The notes beneath the pieces were generated by a model that ran no database searches, was not told where the DNA came from, and worked only from the letters and a program-made list of their open reading frames with translations. Position numbers and translations under genes: made by a program. This document shows positions 62,007-64,000 of a DNA stretch of 64,000 bases, piece after piece. Positions within the stretch are counted from its first letter, which is position 1. The number at the start of each line of letters is the position of its first letter. Source of the stretch: a virus. Lineage: Duplodnaviria > Caudoviricetes. The stretch spans positions 128,001 through 192,000 of IMG/VR virus record IMGVR_UViG_3300037067_004891. One strand, written 5' to 3'.

Positions 62007-62599
62007 ATCTATTAATTTCAATAATGAAAAACATTCTCAATTGATAAAACAATCTGTATCCAAAAAAGGATACCTAAGAGTTAGAATCAATAAAAATAAT
62101 AATAGATACACTCTGAATGTTCATCGGATGGTAGCTACTGCATTTATACCTAATTCTGATAATAAGCCTCAGATCAATCATTCTGATGGGAACAAGAAGA
62201 ACAACTACTTCACCAATCTCGAATGGTCAACCAATCAGGAAAACCAAGATCATGCAAGAGGAATGGGATTGATACAACCACCACCAAGAGGATATGATAA
62301 CACTTGTTCATTGGAAGTATTACAGTATGATAAATATACATTGGATTTAATTAAAAGATGGGGCAGTATTGGAGAAGCATCAAGAGATTTAAAAATACCG
62401 ACTACAAATATATCAAAATCGAGTAGTCGCAAACGAATGATAGCTGGTGGTTTTATTTGGAGATATTCAGATGATGAAATAAAATTTCCAAAATGCCCAT
62501 ATTGCAATAAAGAAAATAAAAATTTAAATTATTCTAATACTCAACATAGAAAAGTAATATGTTCAAATTGTGGTTATAATTTTTTGTTAATTTTATAAT

Positions 62600-62744
62600 A
62601 TGGATGATACTTTTGATATAATAAAAAAGATACAGGAAGCCAGAAGCCCGAAATATTTTTTATGGCAAATAATTAAAGATATTGAGTGGGTTGATTCTAA
62701 GTATATTTCTAAATATTTATACAAAAAATGAGGGTTGACACAAC
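62600..62744 (+). pseudogene. Third, internally deleted copy of the small-protein/repeat cassette
   Basis: MDDTFDIIKKIQEARSPKYFLWQIIKDIEW... (stop at 62731) joined to the 3' part of the repeat, ACAAAAAATGAGGGTTGACACAAC (62721-62744). Confidence 0.85.
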
Positions 62745-63009
62745 TATTGGATTTTATTCTCCATACTTATTATAAACCAGAAACTGGTGAATTAATCGTA
62801 CCAGAAAAATGGAAGAATTTTTCGGTAATAGACCCAAACAAATTACCTGCTGCCACACCAAGAGAACTTCTAAAAAAGAAACTGGAACAATTTCTTACAA
62901 GAGATGAATGGAATCAATTGGATATTTATTAAAAAATATAATTAAATAATATTAAATTAATATTTGTCTAATTCAAAAATTATGTTTTACTTTACACAAA
63001 AATAATGAT

Positions 63010-64000
63010 ATGATAGTAACATCATCAATGAAAATAAAAATAATACCAGTGGATGTAATATCCAAAAAGTGGATATTTGATATTTTTAATGTATCTTATA
63101 AGATTCAGAATCGGGCTTATGATATATCACGGATGTTACATCAATATCCAGTAATAATGTTACCTGTTACACCACCCAAATCACAAGTATATAATTTAAC
63201 TACTCAGGAATTTCCTAAAGTTATTACTACTTATCTGAGAGATTGGGTATATCAAGCAGAAAACAATTATAAAAGTGATGTTAAAGCTGGTTTATTATCA
63301 GGTAAAAGAAGTCCAAGACTGTATAAGAAATATGGTGCTACACGTTTTCAATTTTTGAAAAAATCTAATCCAAAATTAATAAAAGAAAATGGTGATTTTT
63401 TTATTCTTATTAACAGTAGAACAAATATCAAATTTAAAATACTATTCGACAAAAAAACAGGACATCTTAAAACTATGTTAAATAGATTTTTGGATTTAGA
63501 AAATAAAAAATACAATCTTAACTCAACTTTTTATATTAAAAAAACCAATAGAAACGAACTGATGTTAATCATATCCTATGAACAAGACATCCAAGGTTAT
63601 GTTGGCATAAATAATAGAGTGATGGGTATTGATATGGGTGTGAGAAGATTTATTTCTTTAAGAATAAATGACATACCAAGATATCAGAAGTCTATTCATA
63701 GTGAGAAATTAGTTCAACAGAAGTATGGTATTGCTATGAAAAATAAAAGGGTACAGGAATCTTCTGTATTAGCTAAATCAGGTCATGGTAGAACAAGAAA
63801 AATGCAGGTTTATAATAAAGTAAAAGATTCTGAAACATCATTTACTAATAATGTACTGGATAAATTATCAAAAGAAGTAATTGAATCTGCTGCAAAACGA
63901 AAAGTTCAACAGATAAACATGGAACGTCTTGATAAGAATTCTATGAAAGAACAAAATTCTTATCTTGGAAGATATTGGAGTGTTATGACTTTGATGAATC
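63010..64000 (+). CDS. Cas12f-like (type V-F / TnpB-derived) RuvC effector, runs off the window end (not in ORF track)
   Basis: Open for 330 codons: GLLSGKRSPRLYK, LIISYE, RuvC-I VMGIDMGV (D208), SGHGRTRK, LSKEVIESA, RuvC-II INMERL (E305), YLGRYWS. Confidence 0.8.
   Translation, partial: MIVTSSMKIKIIPVDVISKKWIFDIFNVSYKIQNRAYDISRMLHQYPVIMLPVTPPKSQVYNLTTQEFPKVITTYLRDWVYQAENNYKSDVKAGLLSGKRSPRLYKKYGATRFQFLKKSNPKLIKENGDFFILINSRTNIKFKILFDKKTGHLKTMLNRFLDLENKKYNLNSTFYIKKTNRNELMLIISYEQDIQGYVGINNRVMGIDMGVRRFISLRINDIPRYQKSIHSEKLVQQKYGIAMKNKRVQESSVLAKSGHGRTRKMQVYNKVKDSETSFTNNVLDKLSKEVIESAAKRKVQQINMERLDKNSMKEQNSYLGRYWSVMTLMN

Larger units (their letters stand above)
60305..62598 (+). pseudogene. NUMOD4-HNH-NUMOD1 homing endonuclease interrupted by a TnpB element
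   Basis: EEIWKPV...YEISNCGRV | KS...GYLRV...VHRMVATAFIPN...INHSDGNKKNN...NLEW; removing 60598-62006 restores one 294-aa frame. Confidence 0.85.

Noticed and set aside
1-64000. Genome-wide TAG=Gln recoding as in Lak or some crAss phages
   Set aside because: Long genes are open under the standard code with high coding density; the two internal TAGs I found fall at Trp positions.

Overview
This is a very AT-rich, gene-dense 64 kb segment of a jumbo/mega-phage. A Bacteroidota host is likely because TAnnTTTG -7 promoter boxes precede many genes and the tRNA. Recognisable genes: DEDDh exonuclease, AAA+ ATPase, patatin, two J-domain proteins, radical SAM, KptA, M42 peptidase, PurA-like + vWA module, NAD-dependent ligase, RuvC-like resolvase, NADAR, DNA methyltransferase, peptide deformylase, C39 peptidase, several GIY-YIG/HNH endonucleases, a tRNA(CAT) and two TnpB (IS200/IS605-type) elements plus IS-end scars. 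The highlight is a dispersed CRISPR-like system. Two arrays share one 36-nt repeat with 29-31-nt unique spacers (52864-53351 and 34623-34845). In each, the first repeat lies in-frame inside the 3' end of a paralogous small protein gene. A third, deleted copy of the cassette lies about 270 bp upstream of a Cas12f-like RuvC gene (63010 to the window end) that the ORF track missed. Spacer 5 of the large array matches a gene about 3 kb away in this window at 31/31 nt. No cas1/cas2 is visible. All family calls come from motif recognition by eye, not database searches.
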